Positions 1 through 9,490 of a DNA stretch of 64,000 nt are shown in pieces (the stretch's first letter is position 1; every line of letters starts with the position of its first letter). Location of the stretch: positions 352,001-416,000 of the forward strand of contig CAWFXA010000001.1 in the NCBI GenBank assembly GCA_963819655.1. Direction: 5' to 3'. Position numbers and translations under genes: made by a program. Origin of the DNA: an uncultured Chloroflexia bacterium (GTDB lineage: Bacteria; Chloroflexota; Limnocylindria; Limnocylindrales; CSP1-4). The notes beneath the pieces are model-generated. The model was not told the DNA's origin, made no database searches, and worked only from the letters and a program-made list of their open reading frames with translations.

Positions 1-113
1 GATGGAGCGAGTGCGTGAGACACGATGACCACCAGTCGTTGTCGGGTGGTCGACGCCATCGCCGACCTGGTGGAGAAACGCGCATGCCCGGCGTCCTGTT
101 GCGCCGGTGTCGG

Positions 114-512
114 TCAGTTGACAGCCGACTCGGACAGCCACGCCTTCCACACCGATTCCGCCCTGCCCGAGGTCACCTCGTTGCCGTGCCGGACCAGCGG
201 CAGGCGGAGCAGGCGGACGTCCACGAGAAGACGCTCGACGATCGCGGCATCGTCCATCGACAGGTAGGCCAGACCACCATCCCGATAGGCCCTGGATCCC
301 TCGTCGATCAGGGCACGAGCGCCCAACCGGTCGACGAAGCGGCGCAGCTCGGCAGGTGCGATCCGTCGCTTGCGCAGGTCGACGAAGGACACGACGATGC
401 GCCGCTCGCGGAAGAACCGTTGTGCGGCACGCGTCCCCGGATCGTTGTCGAGCCCGAAGACCTGGATGTCCGGCATCTTCCGTGTCGGCGTCCGCCCGAG
501 GGGTGCAGGCAT
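114..512 (-). CDS. ArsC/Spx/MgsR family protein lacking cysteines (alternative start at 476)
   Basis: IQVFG...TRAAQRFF.ER.I...DL...LLRLPLVR pattern of the ArsC/Spx fold; TACGCT -10 hexamer 7 nt before the ATG at 512. Confidence 0.8.
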   Translation of the reverse strand: MPAPLGRTPTRKMPDIQVFGLDNDPGTRAAQRFFRERRIVVSFVDLRKRRIAPAELRRFVDRLGARALIDEGSRAYRDGGLAYLSMDDAAIVERLLVDVRLLRLPLVRHGNEVTSGRAESVWKAWLSESAVN

Positions 513-574
513 GGCCGCGAGCGTATCGCACCGTCGCGACCGGGTACCATCGACCGACCACAGGAGGTGTCCGC

Positions 575-862
575 GTGACGGTCTGGTTCACGGTCCAGCT
601 CGCCGATCAGCCCGGCTCGCTCGCGCGTGTCGCGGTCGCGCTCGCGGAACGCAACGTGAACATCACCGGGATCGTGGGCGTGGCCGAGGACACCGACGGG
701 GCGTTGATGCTGACGACATCAGATGCCGCCGCCACCCGGTCGGCCTTCGAGAGCCTGGGTCTGGCCTTCGAGGAGCACGATCCGGGCGGCGACGTCCAGC
801 CGGAGTCGATGACCGTGGGCGACCTGCGACCCGGGGCCGCCGGACGCGGCTCGCTCGGCTGA
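575..862 (+). CDS. Small ACT-domain protein
   Basis: GTG at 575 after AGGAGG; LADQPGSLARVAVALAERNVNI is an ACT signature. Confidence 0.8.
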   Translation: MTVWFTVQLADQPGSLARVAVALAERNVNITGIVGVAEDTDGALMLTTSDAAATRSAFESLGLAFEEHDPGGDVQPESMTVGDLRPGAAGRGSLG

Positions 863-879
863 CCCGCGACGACCGCGCG

Positions 880-1557
880 ATGCCCCGACGCCAGGTCGCG
901 CCGACCGCCGCGATCCGGTTCGACATCGTCGATGGGCCGGACTCGACGGTGACGGTCGGAGGCGCCGTGTCGGCGATCGGCGGCCGAATCCGGACCCTGG
1001 CGACGGTCCGCCCGATCGAGAGTGACCCGCCGCAGGTCGAGATCGAGCTCGAGGTCGAAGGCGTCACCGAGGATGCGTTGGTCGAGGCCTTCGACGACTT
1101 GCCTCAGATCCGCGCCATCCACCGGACGCGCGCGCTCGGCACGGTCTTCGGCAAGCGCATCATCGTCGTCGGCGGAGGCGCACAGGTCGCCCAGGTCGCG
1201 CTCGGTGCTGTTAGCGAGGCGGACCGCCACAACCTGCGCGGGGAGCGGATCTCGGTCGACACGATCCCGTTGGTCGGCGAGGCGGACATCGCGGCCGCGG
1301 TCCGGGCCGTAGCCGACCTGCCGCGGGCCCGGCTTCTTGTCCTTGCCGGCTCGATCATGGGCGGCGACATCAGCGCGGCGGCCGACGAGCTGCGCGCGGT
1401 CGGCATCCCGATCATCGCGCTGAACATGGTCGGCTCGATCACGGATCACGTGGATCTCGTGGTGTCCGACCCGGTCCAGGCCGGGACGATGGCGGTCATG
1501 GCTGTGGCCGATACCGCGACGTTCGACCTCGAACGCCAGCGCGGCCGGCGCTACTGA
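880..1557 (+). CDS. ACT-like plus DUF5612 (COG2150/AF1403-like) protein
   Basis: FGKRIIVVGGGAQVAQVALGAVSEADRHNLRGERISVDTIPLVGE...DPVQAGTMAVMAVADTATFD matches the archaeal family as recalled. Confidence 0.8.
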   Translation: MPRRQVAPTAAIRFDIVDGPDSTVTVGGAVSAIGGRIRTLATVRPIESDPPQVEIELEVEGVTEDALVEAFDDLPQIRAIHRTRALGTVFGKRIIVVGGGAQVAQVALGAVSEADRHNLRGERISVDTIPLVGEADIAAAVRAVADLPRARLLVLAGSIMGGDISAAADELRAVGIPIIALNMVGSITDHVDLVVSDPVQAGTMAVMAVADTATFDLERQRGRRY

Positions 1558-1565
1558 GGACTGGG

Positions 1566-2516
1566 ATGCGGATCGCGACCTGGAACGTCAACTCGCTGAA
1601 GGCCCGCCAGGAGGCCGTCGACAAGTGGCTGGAGCGCGCCGAACCGGACATCCTCCTCATGCAGGAGACCAAGCTGTCCGATGAGGACGCCCCGCTGATG
1701 CAGTTCCAGATGGCCGGCTACGACCTGCTGCATCACGGCGAGGGTCGCTGGAACGGCGTCGCGATCGCCGCGCGCGAGGGTCTGACCTTCGATGACGTGG
1801 TGACCAACTTCGGCGACGGGCCCGTTCGCGACAGCGGTGCCGGCGCGGGCGGTCTCCAGGAAGACGACTTCGACCCGTTCGACGAGGCCCGGATGCTGAC
1901 CGCGGTCTCGAATGGGGTCCGCTTCGTCTGCCTGTATGCCCCGAACGGTCGGGTCGTCGGCAGCCCGTTCTATGAGGGCAAGCTGCGCTGGTTCGAGCGA
2001 GTTCGCCGATGGCTGGACGAGACGCGGTCGCCCGATGAGGCGCTCGTGCTTGCCGGTGACTACAACGTGACGCCGGCCGACGAGGACGTGTGGGATCCGG
2101 TCAAGGCACACGGTGGGACACATGTGTCGGAGCCGGAGCGAGAGGCGCTCGCCACGCTGCGCGAGTGGGGCCTCACGGATGCGTACCGGCTCCAGGAGCA
2201 ACGCGGCGGCCGCTTCAGTTGGTGGGATTACCGGGCGGGGATGTTCCATCGCAACGAGGGGATGCGCATCGACCTGCTGTACGTGACCGAGTCGGTCGCG
2301 AGCCGGGTCGAGTGGGCGGAGATCGATCGCGAGGCGCGCAAGGGGCCGCCCGTCCCGTCCGATCACGCTCCGGTGGTGGTCGATCTCGACGCTCCCGGGA
2401 AGGCGTTCGACGCGGGCTGGGATGAGGCCCTTGCCCGGATCCAGGCCCGGACCAGACCCGGTGGCCGGAAGAGTCCAGCCCAGGTGCGCTACGAGGAAGA
2501 GCGACGACCACGCTGA
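1566..2516 (+). CDS. xth: Exodeoxyribonuclease III
   Basis: MRIATWNVNS, QETK, YAPNG, GDYN, WWDYR, RIDL and SDHAP motifs. Confidence 0.95.
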   Translation: MRIATWNVNSLKARQEAVDKWLERAEPDILLMQETKLSDEDAPLMQFQMAGYDLLHHGEGRWNGVAIAAREGLTFDDVVTNFGDGPVRDSGAGAGGLQEDDFDPFDEARMLTAVSNGVRFVCLYAPNGRVVGSPFYEGKLRWFERVRRWLDETRSPDEALVLAGDYNVTPADEDVWDPVKAHGGTHVSEPEREALATLREWGLTDAYRLQEQRGGRFSWWDYRAGMFHRNEGMRIDLLYVTESVASRVEWAEIDREARKGPPVPSDHAPVVVDLDAPGKAFDAGWDEALARIQARTRPGGRKSPAQVRYEEERRPR

Positions 2517-2595
2517 GGCGGCAGGCACCGCCCCGTTGCGGTGGCCGAAACGGCGTGCGCCGAGTCCCACGGGCCGAACGTAGGCTCGCCCCCGG

Positions 2596-3717
2596 ATGAT
2601 GGCCCCCAGCGACGCCTCGGCAGAGATTCGCCTGATCGGCCTGGAGAAGCGCTTCGGCGAGATCCGGGCGGTCGACGGCGTGACGCTCGACATCCGGACC
2701 GCGGAGTTCTTCTCGCTCCTCGGCCCGTCGGGCTGTGGCAAGACCACGACCCTCAGGATGATCGGCGGCTTCGAGCGACCGACGGCGGGCCGGATCCTTC
2801 TCCGTGACCGCGACGTCACCGACGACCCGCCCGACAAGCGCCCGGTCAACATGGTCTTCCAGCAGTACGCCCTGTTCCCGCACCTCGACGTCGCGGCCAA
2901 CATCGGCTTCGGGCTGCGACGCCGCAACGTCGCTCGGACCGAGATCGCGCGGCGTGTCGGGGAGGTGCTCGAGCTCGTGCGGCTGGAGGGCTACGACCGC
3001 CGCAAGCCGTCCGCGTTGTCGGGCGGTCAGCAGCAGCGCGTGGCGCTCGCCAGGGCGCTCGTGAACAGGCCGAACGTCCTCCTGCTCGACGAACCGCTCG
3101 GAGCGCTCGACCTGAAGCTCCGGCGCCAGCTCCAGGTCGAGCTCAAGCGGATCCAGGCTGAGGTCGGCATCACGTTCGTCTACGTGACGCACGACCAGGA
3201 AGAGGCACTCACGATGAGCGACCGGATCGCGGTCATGCACGCCGGCCGTGTCGAGCAGCTGGGGACGCCGGAGGAGCTGTACGAGCGGCCAGCGACTCGC
3301 TTCGTCGCCGATTTCATCGGGACGACGAACCTCCTGTCCGGGTCCGTCGAGTCGACAGCCGGCGGAACCGCGATCGTCCGCCTCGAAGGCGGCGATACCT
3401 GCGCCGTGGCCGGCACTGACCTGCGCGCCGGCCGGACGGTCGAACTCTCGATCCGACCGGAATCGATCGTCCTGAAGCGGTCCAATGGCACCGCGCACGA
3501 CGGCCACGCACCGCTGCGCGCCCAGGTCGAGCAGGTCGCCTATCTCGGGGGAACCGTCCAGTACCAGGTCCGCACGCGCGGCGGCCTGGCAATCACCGTG
3601 CTCGCGCCGAAGTCCGGGGAGCGGCACCAGATCGGAAGCGACGTCGACATCGTCTGGCCGCCTGCCGAGGCACTGGTCCTCGACGCGGCCCCCGCCGAGG
3701 AGGAGGTCACGACATGA
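2596..3717 (+). CDS. potA: Polyamine ABC transporter ATP-binding subunit
   Basis: GPSGCGKT, LSGGQQQRVALARAL, LLDEPLGALDLKLR, C-terminal TOBE-like region. Confidence 0.93.
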   Translation: MMAPSDASAEIRLIGLEKRFGEIRAVDGVTLDIRTAEFFSLLGPSGCGKTTTLRMIGGFERPTAGRILLRDRDVTDDPPDKRPVNMVFQQYALFPHLDVAANIGFGLRRRNVARTEIARRVGEVLELVRLEGYDRRKPSALSGGQQQRVALARALVNRPNVLLLDEPLGALDLKLRRQLQVELKRIQAEVGITFVYVTHDQEEALTMSDRIAVMHAGRVEQLGTPEELYERPATRFVADFIGTTNLLSGSVESTAGGTAIVRLEGGDTCAVAGTDLRAGRTVELSIRPESIVLKRSNGTAHDGHAPLRAQVEQVAYLGGTVQYQVRTRGGLAITVLAPKSGERHQIGSDVDIVWPPAEALVLDAAPAEEEVTT

Positions 3718-4922
3718 ACGAAAGGCACGATGGATCGAGCATCGATCTCGAGAAGGCTCTGGTCCGCTACATGGTGGAGCGCCGCGTCACACGCCGGGAG
3801 CTCCTCGAGCGCATCGCGCTGGTGGGCGGTGCGGCGGCGCTCGCGCCGGTCATCGCCGCCTGTACGTCGAGCGGCACGGCGAGCCCGTCGGTCTCGGCCG
3901 CCGCCGCGCCCTCGTCGGCCGCTCCGTCGGCGTCCGCGGCACCGACGCCTGTGCCATCGCCCGAGGCGGAGCTGAACATCCTCAACTGGGTCGACTACCT
4001 CGCCGACGATGTCATCAAGTCTTTCGAGGACCAGCACAACGTCAAGGTCACCCAGAGCTTCTTCTCGAATACCGACGAGATGTACGCCAAGCTCGGGACG
4101 GACGGTGGCGACTACGACATCAGCTTCCCGATCTCGGTCGACGTCCCGAAGATGATCGAGGGTGGGGTCATCGCGAAGCTCGACCCGTCCTTCCTGACGA
4201 ACATCGGCAACCTTGGCGCGGAATGGGCCAACCCGGGATACGACCCCGGCAACCAGTACACGGTCCCGTACATGTGGTGGACGACGGGTGTCGGCTACGA
4301 CCCGGCGCGCATCAAGGAAGAGCCGACCAGCTCGAAGGCGCTCTGGGATGACCGCTGGAGCCAGCACATCGCGATGCTCGACGACTGGCAGGAGGTGTTC
4401 GGGCTGGCGCTGATCCAGCTCGGACATTCCGCGAACACCGAGGATGAAGCCCAACTCGATGCGGCGCTGGCCCTCCTCAAGCAGCAGAAGCCGCTTGTCC
4501 GGACCTACTCGACCGACACGATCGCGACGATGACCTCGGGCGACGTGTGGATCGGTCACATCTGGGGTGCGGACCGCTTCGCCATCCAGGAAGCGATCCC
4601 GGACTTCGCCTACTACATCCCCGCGGAAGGCGGCGTGAAGGGCTCTGACACCGTCGCCACTTTCACGGGGTCGCCACATCCGATCGCATCGCAGATGTTC
4701 ATCAACCACCTGCTCGACGCTCAGAACAGCGCCCTCAACACCAACCTCATCTACTACATGGGCCCGAACGCGGCCGCGAAGGAGTTCATCGATCCGGCGA
4801 TCCTGAGCGACCCGACGATCAACCCCGACCAGGAGATCGTCGACAAGCTCGAGGAGCTGCTCAGCCTCAGCGGTTCCGTCCGCGACGCGTACCTGTCGCG
4901 CTGGCAAGAGCTGCGAGGCTGA
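3714..4922 (+). CDS. potD: Polyamine ABC substrate-binding Tat-lipoprotein
   Basis: TRRELL twin-arginine signal, IAAC lipobox, LNILNWVDYL, YTVPYMWWTTG. Confidence 0.88.
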   Translation: MNERHDGSSIDLEKALVRYMVERRVTRRELLERIALVGGAAALAPVIAACTSSGTASPSVSAAAAPSSAAPSASAAPTPVPSPEAELNILNWVDYLADDVIKSFEDQHNVKVTQSFFSNTDEMYAKLGTDGGDYDISFPISVDVPKMIEGGVIAKLDPSFLTNIGNLGAEWANPGYDPGNQYTVPYMWWTTGVGYDPARIKEEPTSSKALWDDRWSQHIAMLDDWQEVFGLALIQLGHSANTEDEAQLDAALALLKQQKPLVRTYSTDTIATMTSGDVWIGHIWGADRFAIQEAIPDFAYYIPAEGGVKGSDTVATFTGSPHPIASQMFINHLLDAQNSALNTNLIYYMGPNAAAKEFIDPAILSDPTINPDQEIVDKLEELLSLSGSVRDAYLSRWQELRG

Positions 4923-4930
4923 CCGGGCAC

Positions 4931-5833
4931 ATGGGCGCGGCGGTCGGCACAGTCGAGGCGACCGCCGCTGCCACACCCGGTCGATTGGCGCGACTGCGCG
5001 CCGCGTGGCTGGTCCTGCCCGGGGTGGGCTGGCTGATCGCGTTCTTCATCGTCCCGCTGGCGATCATCTTCGTGGTCAGCCTGGGCTCGCGCGACGCGCT
5101 CGACCGCATCACGCTCGAGCGGCTCTCGCTCGACAACTACGTCCGGGCGTTCGATCCGGTCTTCCTGCCGACGTTCCTCAACTCGCTTCGCTACGCGGCG
5201 ATCACGACGATCCTGTCACTCGCCATCGGCTACCCCGTCGCGTACTGGATCAGTCGATACGGCGGGCGGCACAAGGTCCTGCTGCTCATCCTCGTGATGC
5301 TCCCGTTCTGGACGAGCTATCTGATCCGGACGTACTCCTGGATCATCCTGTTGCGCGACAACGGTGTCGTGAACTCGGTCCTCCAGACGATCGGGCTGAC
5401 CCAGGAGCCGATCATCCTCATGAACACGGACATCTCCGTGATCCTCGGGATGTCGTACGGGTTCCTGCCGTTCGCGATCCTGCCACTGTTCGTCTCGATC
5501 GACCGGCTCGATCCCGACCTCGTCGCGGCCGGACGCGACCTGTACGCCTCAGGTCGAGGCGCGTTCCTCCACGTGACTCTGCCGCTCACGATGCCCGGGA
5601 TCATCGCCGCGGCATTGCTGACGTTCATCCCGGCGCTCGGCGACTTCGTGACGCCCGACCTGCTCGGCGGACCGCAGACGACAACGATCGCCAAGAACAT
5701 CCAGGTCCTGTTCCTGGCGGGACGTGACTGGCCATACGGTGCGGCGCTCGGTTTCGTGCTGATGATCGTGACGCTCACCGGGACGCTCATCGCGTTGCGG
5801 ACTCTCCGGCGAGAGGTTGTCGGTGGCGACTGA
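4931..5833 (+). CDS. potB: Polyamine ABC permease
   Basis: LPFWTSYLIRTYSW, EAA-like loop AAGRDLYAS, FVTPDLLGG. Confidence 0.9.
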   Translation: MGAAVGTVEATAAATPGRLARLRAAWLVLPGVGWLIAFFIVPLAIIFVVSLGSRDALDRITLERLSLDNYVRAFDPVFLPTFLNSLRYAAITTILSLAIGYPVAYWISRYGGRHKVLLLILVMLPFWTSYLIRTYSWIILLRDNGVVNSVLQTIGLTQEPIILMNTDISVILGMSYGFLPFAILPLFVSIDRLDPDLVAAGRDLYASGRGAFLHVTLPLTMPGIIAAALLTFIPALGDFVTPDLLGGPQTTTIAKNIQVLFLAGRDWPYGAALGFVLMIVTLTGTLIALRTLRREVVGGD

Positions 5834-5857
5834 GACTGTCGGCGAGGCCGGCCCGCC

Positions 5858-6667
5858 ATGATCCGCGAGGGCAACCGCTGGCTGTCGGCCTACGCGGTCC
5901 TCGTGTACGCGTTCCTGTTCGCGCCGATCCTGGTCCTGATCATCTACTCGTTCAATCGGGCCCGACGGGGACTCGTGTGGCAGGGGTTCACGCTCGACTG
6001 GTACCCGAAGCTGCTCGCGAACGACGAGCTGCTCGATGCGCTCATCGTCACGCTCCAGGTGGCGGCCGTCGCGGTCCTCGTGTCGACCGTTCTTGGCGCA
6101 CTGCTCGGTCTCGGGCTGGCGCGGCTGCGGTTCCGCGGCCGTGGCGCGACCGAGACGCTACTCCTCGTCCCGATGATCACGCCCGAGATCGTGATGGGTC
6201 TGTCGCTGCTGCTGTTCTTCGTCCAGCTGTTCGACGTCCATGGCTCGATCGCCCAGCTGTGGGTGGCGCACATCACGTTCTGCGTGTCATACGTTGCGAT
6301 CGTCGTGCGCGCGCGAGCGGCGAACATGGACCCGCATCTGGAAGAGGCCGCGCGCGACCTCGGGGCGTCGGCCTGGGGCGCATTCCGTTTCGTGACGCTG
6401 CCGCTCATCGCACCGGCGGTGCTGGCCGGGGCGCTGCTGGCCTTCTCGCTGAGCTTCGACGATTACGTCGTCTCGACCTTCAACTCCGGGGTCGGCAGCT
6501 CGACCCTGCCGCTGTACATCTACGGCAAGATCAAGTTCGGCGTGACGCCCGAGATCAACGCGATCTCGACGATCGTTGTCGCCGTCACCGCCGTCGCGAT
6601 CCTCATCGCCTGGCGAGCCGGCGCGTTCAGCCCCGCGACCGAGCGGCGGGTCGCGGACGACCGCTGA
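5858..6667 (+). CDS. potC: Polyamine ABC permease
   Basis: LEEAARDLGAS, SFDDYVVS, GVTPEINA. Confidence 0.9.
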   Translation: MIREGNRWLSAYAVLVYAFLFAPILVLIIYSFNRARRGLVWQGFTLDWYPKLLANDELLDALIVTLQVAAVAVLVSTVLGALLGLGLARLRFRGRGATETLLLVPMITPEIVMGLSLLLFFVQLFDVHGSIAQLWVAHITFCVSYVAIVVRARAANMDPHLEEAARDLGASAWGAFRFVTLPLIAPAVLAGALLAFSLSFDDYVVSTFNSGVGSSTLPLYIYGKIKFGVTPEINAISTIVVAVTAVAILIAWRAGAFSPATERRVADDR

Positions 6668-6701
6668 CCGACTCTGCCTCGAGCGGCGTCGACCGGCTTC
6701 G

Positions 6702-8006
6702 TCAGGTCCTGGTGGCCGCCTTGGCCCTGGCCGCGGACCGTGACGAGGCGTCCGGCGTGGCGCGCGGGAGGCGGACGCCGGCGATGTCCCCCTCGAAGAC
6801 GTCGCCGTCCTTCGGCGTCGGAACGTCGTACCGCAGACGGATCGTTCGCTGCGAGTTCATGCCGTCGTTCGCATAGCGGTCGACAGCCATCAGGTCGAAG
6901 GCGTGGACGCTCGGCTCCTGGTTCGAGAAGCGACCCGCCGTCCAGCTCTGCGACTTGGTCCCGCGCTGCTGGAGCTCGCAGACGTGCCAGTCCTGGCGGT
7001 TCGTCAGGTCCCAGAACGCGATCGCATCGGATGGGTCGAAGCCGGGGGCCGCAATCGTCTCGGGTTCGAACATCCACTCGCAGGTGATCCGCGTGTGGGC
7101 CGGGCCGGCCGGCTGCAACCGATGAACGAGCAGGTAGTCGGGGTGGATCGACAGGAAGGTCATCGGCCAGATGAGGTAGTAGTAGATCCGCCGTTCATCG
7201 ATCGGCGTGATCCCGGGGATCGCCGGGCGGCCGCCACGATGGCCGCCGTCGATCGCCATCGTCTCGGCGCTGTCGACGAGCTCCATCCAGCCACCCTGCC
7301 ACGGTCCGGTTGGTGCGAAGTCGCCGCCGATGTCGTACGGCGTCAGCCTGTTCAGCTGCGGGTGGATGCCAGGGCAGTGGTAGCACTCGCTGTAGTTCTC
7401 GCCGACGAACTTCCAGTTCGTGTCGACCTCGTACGTGACCGTGTGCGCGACACGGAGACGGGCGAAGTCGAACCGCGCGAGGTGCGGCGGCAGGTCGCCC
7501 AGCCACTCGATGAGTGGCGGTGTCTCCGGGGAGAGACAGACGAAGACGAAGCCCTGCCAGGTCTCCATCCGGACCGCGACCAGCCCGAAGTCCTTGCGGT
7601 CGAAGTCGTCGAGGTCGTCGGTGTGCTTGGCCCGGATGAGTGACCCATCGAGGTCGTAGATCCAGGCGTGATACGGGCACTGGAACCGGACGGCGGGCCC
7701 GCACGGATCCTCGACGACCGCCGTCCCGCGGTGGCGGCAGACGTTGTAGAACGCCCGGAGCTGGCCGTCGCGACCGCGGGCGATCAACAGCTGCTCGTCG
7801 TCGAGGGTCGCCAGGAAGTAGGTGCCCGGCGTTGGCGCGTCCTCCTCCCGCCCGACGACCATCCACTCGCGCCGGAACCATTCCTGTCGCTCGAAATCGT
7901 GGATCGCCGGGTCGTGATAGGCCCGCCCGGGCAGCAGGGACGCGGCCCGGTACGGCTTGCGGACGGCGGCGATCTCCTCCGCGGTGAGCGGTCCGGTCGT
8001 AGTCAT
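6702..8006 (-). CDS. Rieske non-heme iron oxygenase alpha subunit, quaternary-amine type (GbcA/CntA/Stc2-like)
   Basis: NVCRHRG...CPYHAW Rieske ligands; NWK...ENYSECYHC...H iron site; ATG at 8006 overlaps the upstream stop (ATGA). Confidence 0.9.
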   Translation of the reverse strand: MTTTGPLTAEEIAAVRKPYRAASLLPGRAYHDPAIHDFERQEWFRREWMVVGREEDAPTPGTYFLATLDDEQLLIARGRDGQLRAFYNVCRHRGTAVVEDPCGPAVRFQCPYHAWIYDLDGSLIRAKHTDDLDDFDRKDFGLVAVRMETWQGFVFVCLSPETPPLIEWLGDLPPHLARFDFARLRVAHTVTYEVDTNWKFVGENYSECYHCPGIHPQLNRLTPYDIGGDFAPTGPWQGGWMELVDSAETMAIDGGHRGGRPAIPGITPIDERRIYYYLIWPMTFLSIHPDYLLVHRLQPAGPAHTRITCEWMFEPETIAAPGFDPSDAIAFWDLTNRQDWHVCELQQRGTKSQSWTAGRFSNQEPSVHAFDLMAVDRYANDGMNSQRTIRLRYDVPTPKDGDVFEGDIAGVRLPRATPDASSRSAARAKAATRT

Positions 8007-9175
8007 GTCTTGGGAACGTCCTTCTTCGGGTCGAGGAACGGGATGGCCGCGGTTCGTGCCGGCCAGCGGCCACCGTCGGGCGCCTCGATCTCGAGTGGTG
8101 TCCTGGCCCCGGCGAGGCCGATCGGCATCCACACGTAGCCGATGTTCCGCTCGAGGCGCGGCGACCAGATGAGGTCCGTGACGGTGCCGACCGGTTCCCC
8201 GTCGTGGAACGCGCGGCACTTGCGCGACAGCTCGAACGGAAGCGCCTCCCCGTCCATCTCGATGCCGACGAGCTTGCGGTCGACGCCGGTCCGCCGGATC
8301 TCCTCCAGCGCCGCCTTGCCGATGTAGTCGGCGTCCTGCTCCTCCACGAGCCGCTCCAGACCCATGACGTGGAACGGGCTGTCCGCGATCGTGATGTCGG
8401 AGCCGTAGTTGAAGATGCCGGCTTCGATCCGACGCGCCTCGCACGGTGCGATCGGCCGGATGCCGTGCGGGCGGCCGGCTTCCATGATCCGGTCCCACAG
8501 CTCGCCACCCCGGGACGGGTCGCGCAGATAGATCTCGTAGCCGACCTCGCCGGTCCAGCCGGTCCGCGAGATGACGACGGGGATCCCGTCCAGCTCGGTC
8601 GTCAGCGTCCAGTAGTACTTGATATCGAGCACCTGCGGCCCGAACAGAGAGGCGAGGGTGTCTTTCGACTTGGGACCCTGGACCTGGACCGGGTAAACCT
8701 CCGGTTCGCGCACCGTGACGTCCATGCCGCTATGGATCGCGACGCCGCGCGCCCACAGGCCCGCGTCCGAGTCGGCCAGGGCCAGCCACCAGCGATCTGC
8801 CTCGACCCGCAGCAGCACCGGGTCGTTGACGATGCCGCCGTCCTCGGCGGTGATCAGCACGTATTTACCCTGGCCGACCGCGCACTTCGTCAGGTCGCGA
8901 CAGGTCAGCGTGTTGACGAACGCCGACGCGTCGGGCCCGGTGATCTCGACGATGCGCTCGACCGACACGTCCCACAGCGTCACGTCGTTGAGCAGCGCCC
9001 AATACTCCTCGACGGGGTCGGCGTAATAGCCCGGCAGATACATGTGGTTGTAGATGTCGTACGCGCTGCAGCCTGCCTCGAGGGTCTTCTCGAAGAACGG
9101 CGAGCGCCGGTACCACGGCCCGAAATAGAGGGTCGACGACTCGGTCGTCGCAGGTGTCGCGAGCGGCATGGCCAT
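8003..9175 (-). CDS. GcvT/DmdA-family THF-dependent aminomethyltransferase
   Basis: LWDVSVER, VQGPKS, SRTGWTGEVGYE, RRIEAG; GGAGG SD upstream. Confidence 0.9.
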   Translation of the reverse strand: MAMPLATPATTESSTLYFGPWYRRSPFFEKTLEAGCSAYDIYNHMYLPGYYADPVEEYWALLNDVTLWDVSVERIVEITGPDASAFVNTLTCRDLTKCAVGQGKYVLITAEDGGIVNDPVLLRVEADRWWLALADSDAGLWARGVAIHSGMDVTVREPEVYPVQVQGPKSKDTLASLFGPQVLDIKYYWTLTTELDGIPVVISRTGWTGEVGYEIYLRDPSRGGELWDRIMEAGRPHGIRPIAPCEARRIEAGIFNYGSDITIADSPFHVMGLERLVEEQDADYIGKAALEEIRRTGVDRKLVGIEMDGEALPFELSRKCRAFHDGEPVGTVTDLIWSPRLERNIGYVWMPIGLAGARTPLEIEAPDGGRWPARTAAIPFLDPKKDVPKT

Positions 9176-9490
9176 GGACGGCGGACCTCCTGGCAGGGTG
9201 GCGAACCGGTCCGATCGTGCAGCCTTGGGATCCTATTGCCTGTCGTGTTCCACCAGACGGCCCGGGTGGTGCAGCAGGTGCGACCGGGTCGTCCGATGGT
9301 CCCTCGGGCGTTCCCACCAGACGTGGCGATGCCCGGCTGCGATAACGCAACCGGGCATCTGTTCGGCCGATCTCCCCCCAGGATGAGGCCAAGTCGAACA
9401 GTACCCGGTACGTGGGTCCTATTCAAGGGGTAGGACCTTACAACTGGTGCAAATTCGCACCGAATCGGGACGTTCGACAGGCCGCGCGCG
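9176..9490 (-). promoter_or_regulatory. Structured upstream region of the GcvT-Rieske operon (candidate cis-regulatory leader)
   Basis: 14-bp stem GATGCCCGGTTGCG/CGCAGCCGGGCATC, duplicated CGTCTGGTGG(G)AAC and additional hairpins. Confidence 0.4.

Noticed and set aside
1-113. Possible gene start at the window edge
   Set aside because: Too little sequence to support a call
9360-9385. Glycine riboswitch suggested by GGGAGA...GCCGAA upstream of a gcvT-like gene
   Set aside because: Missing the GAAGG-GCAA and CTCTCAGG core elements
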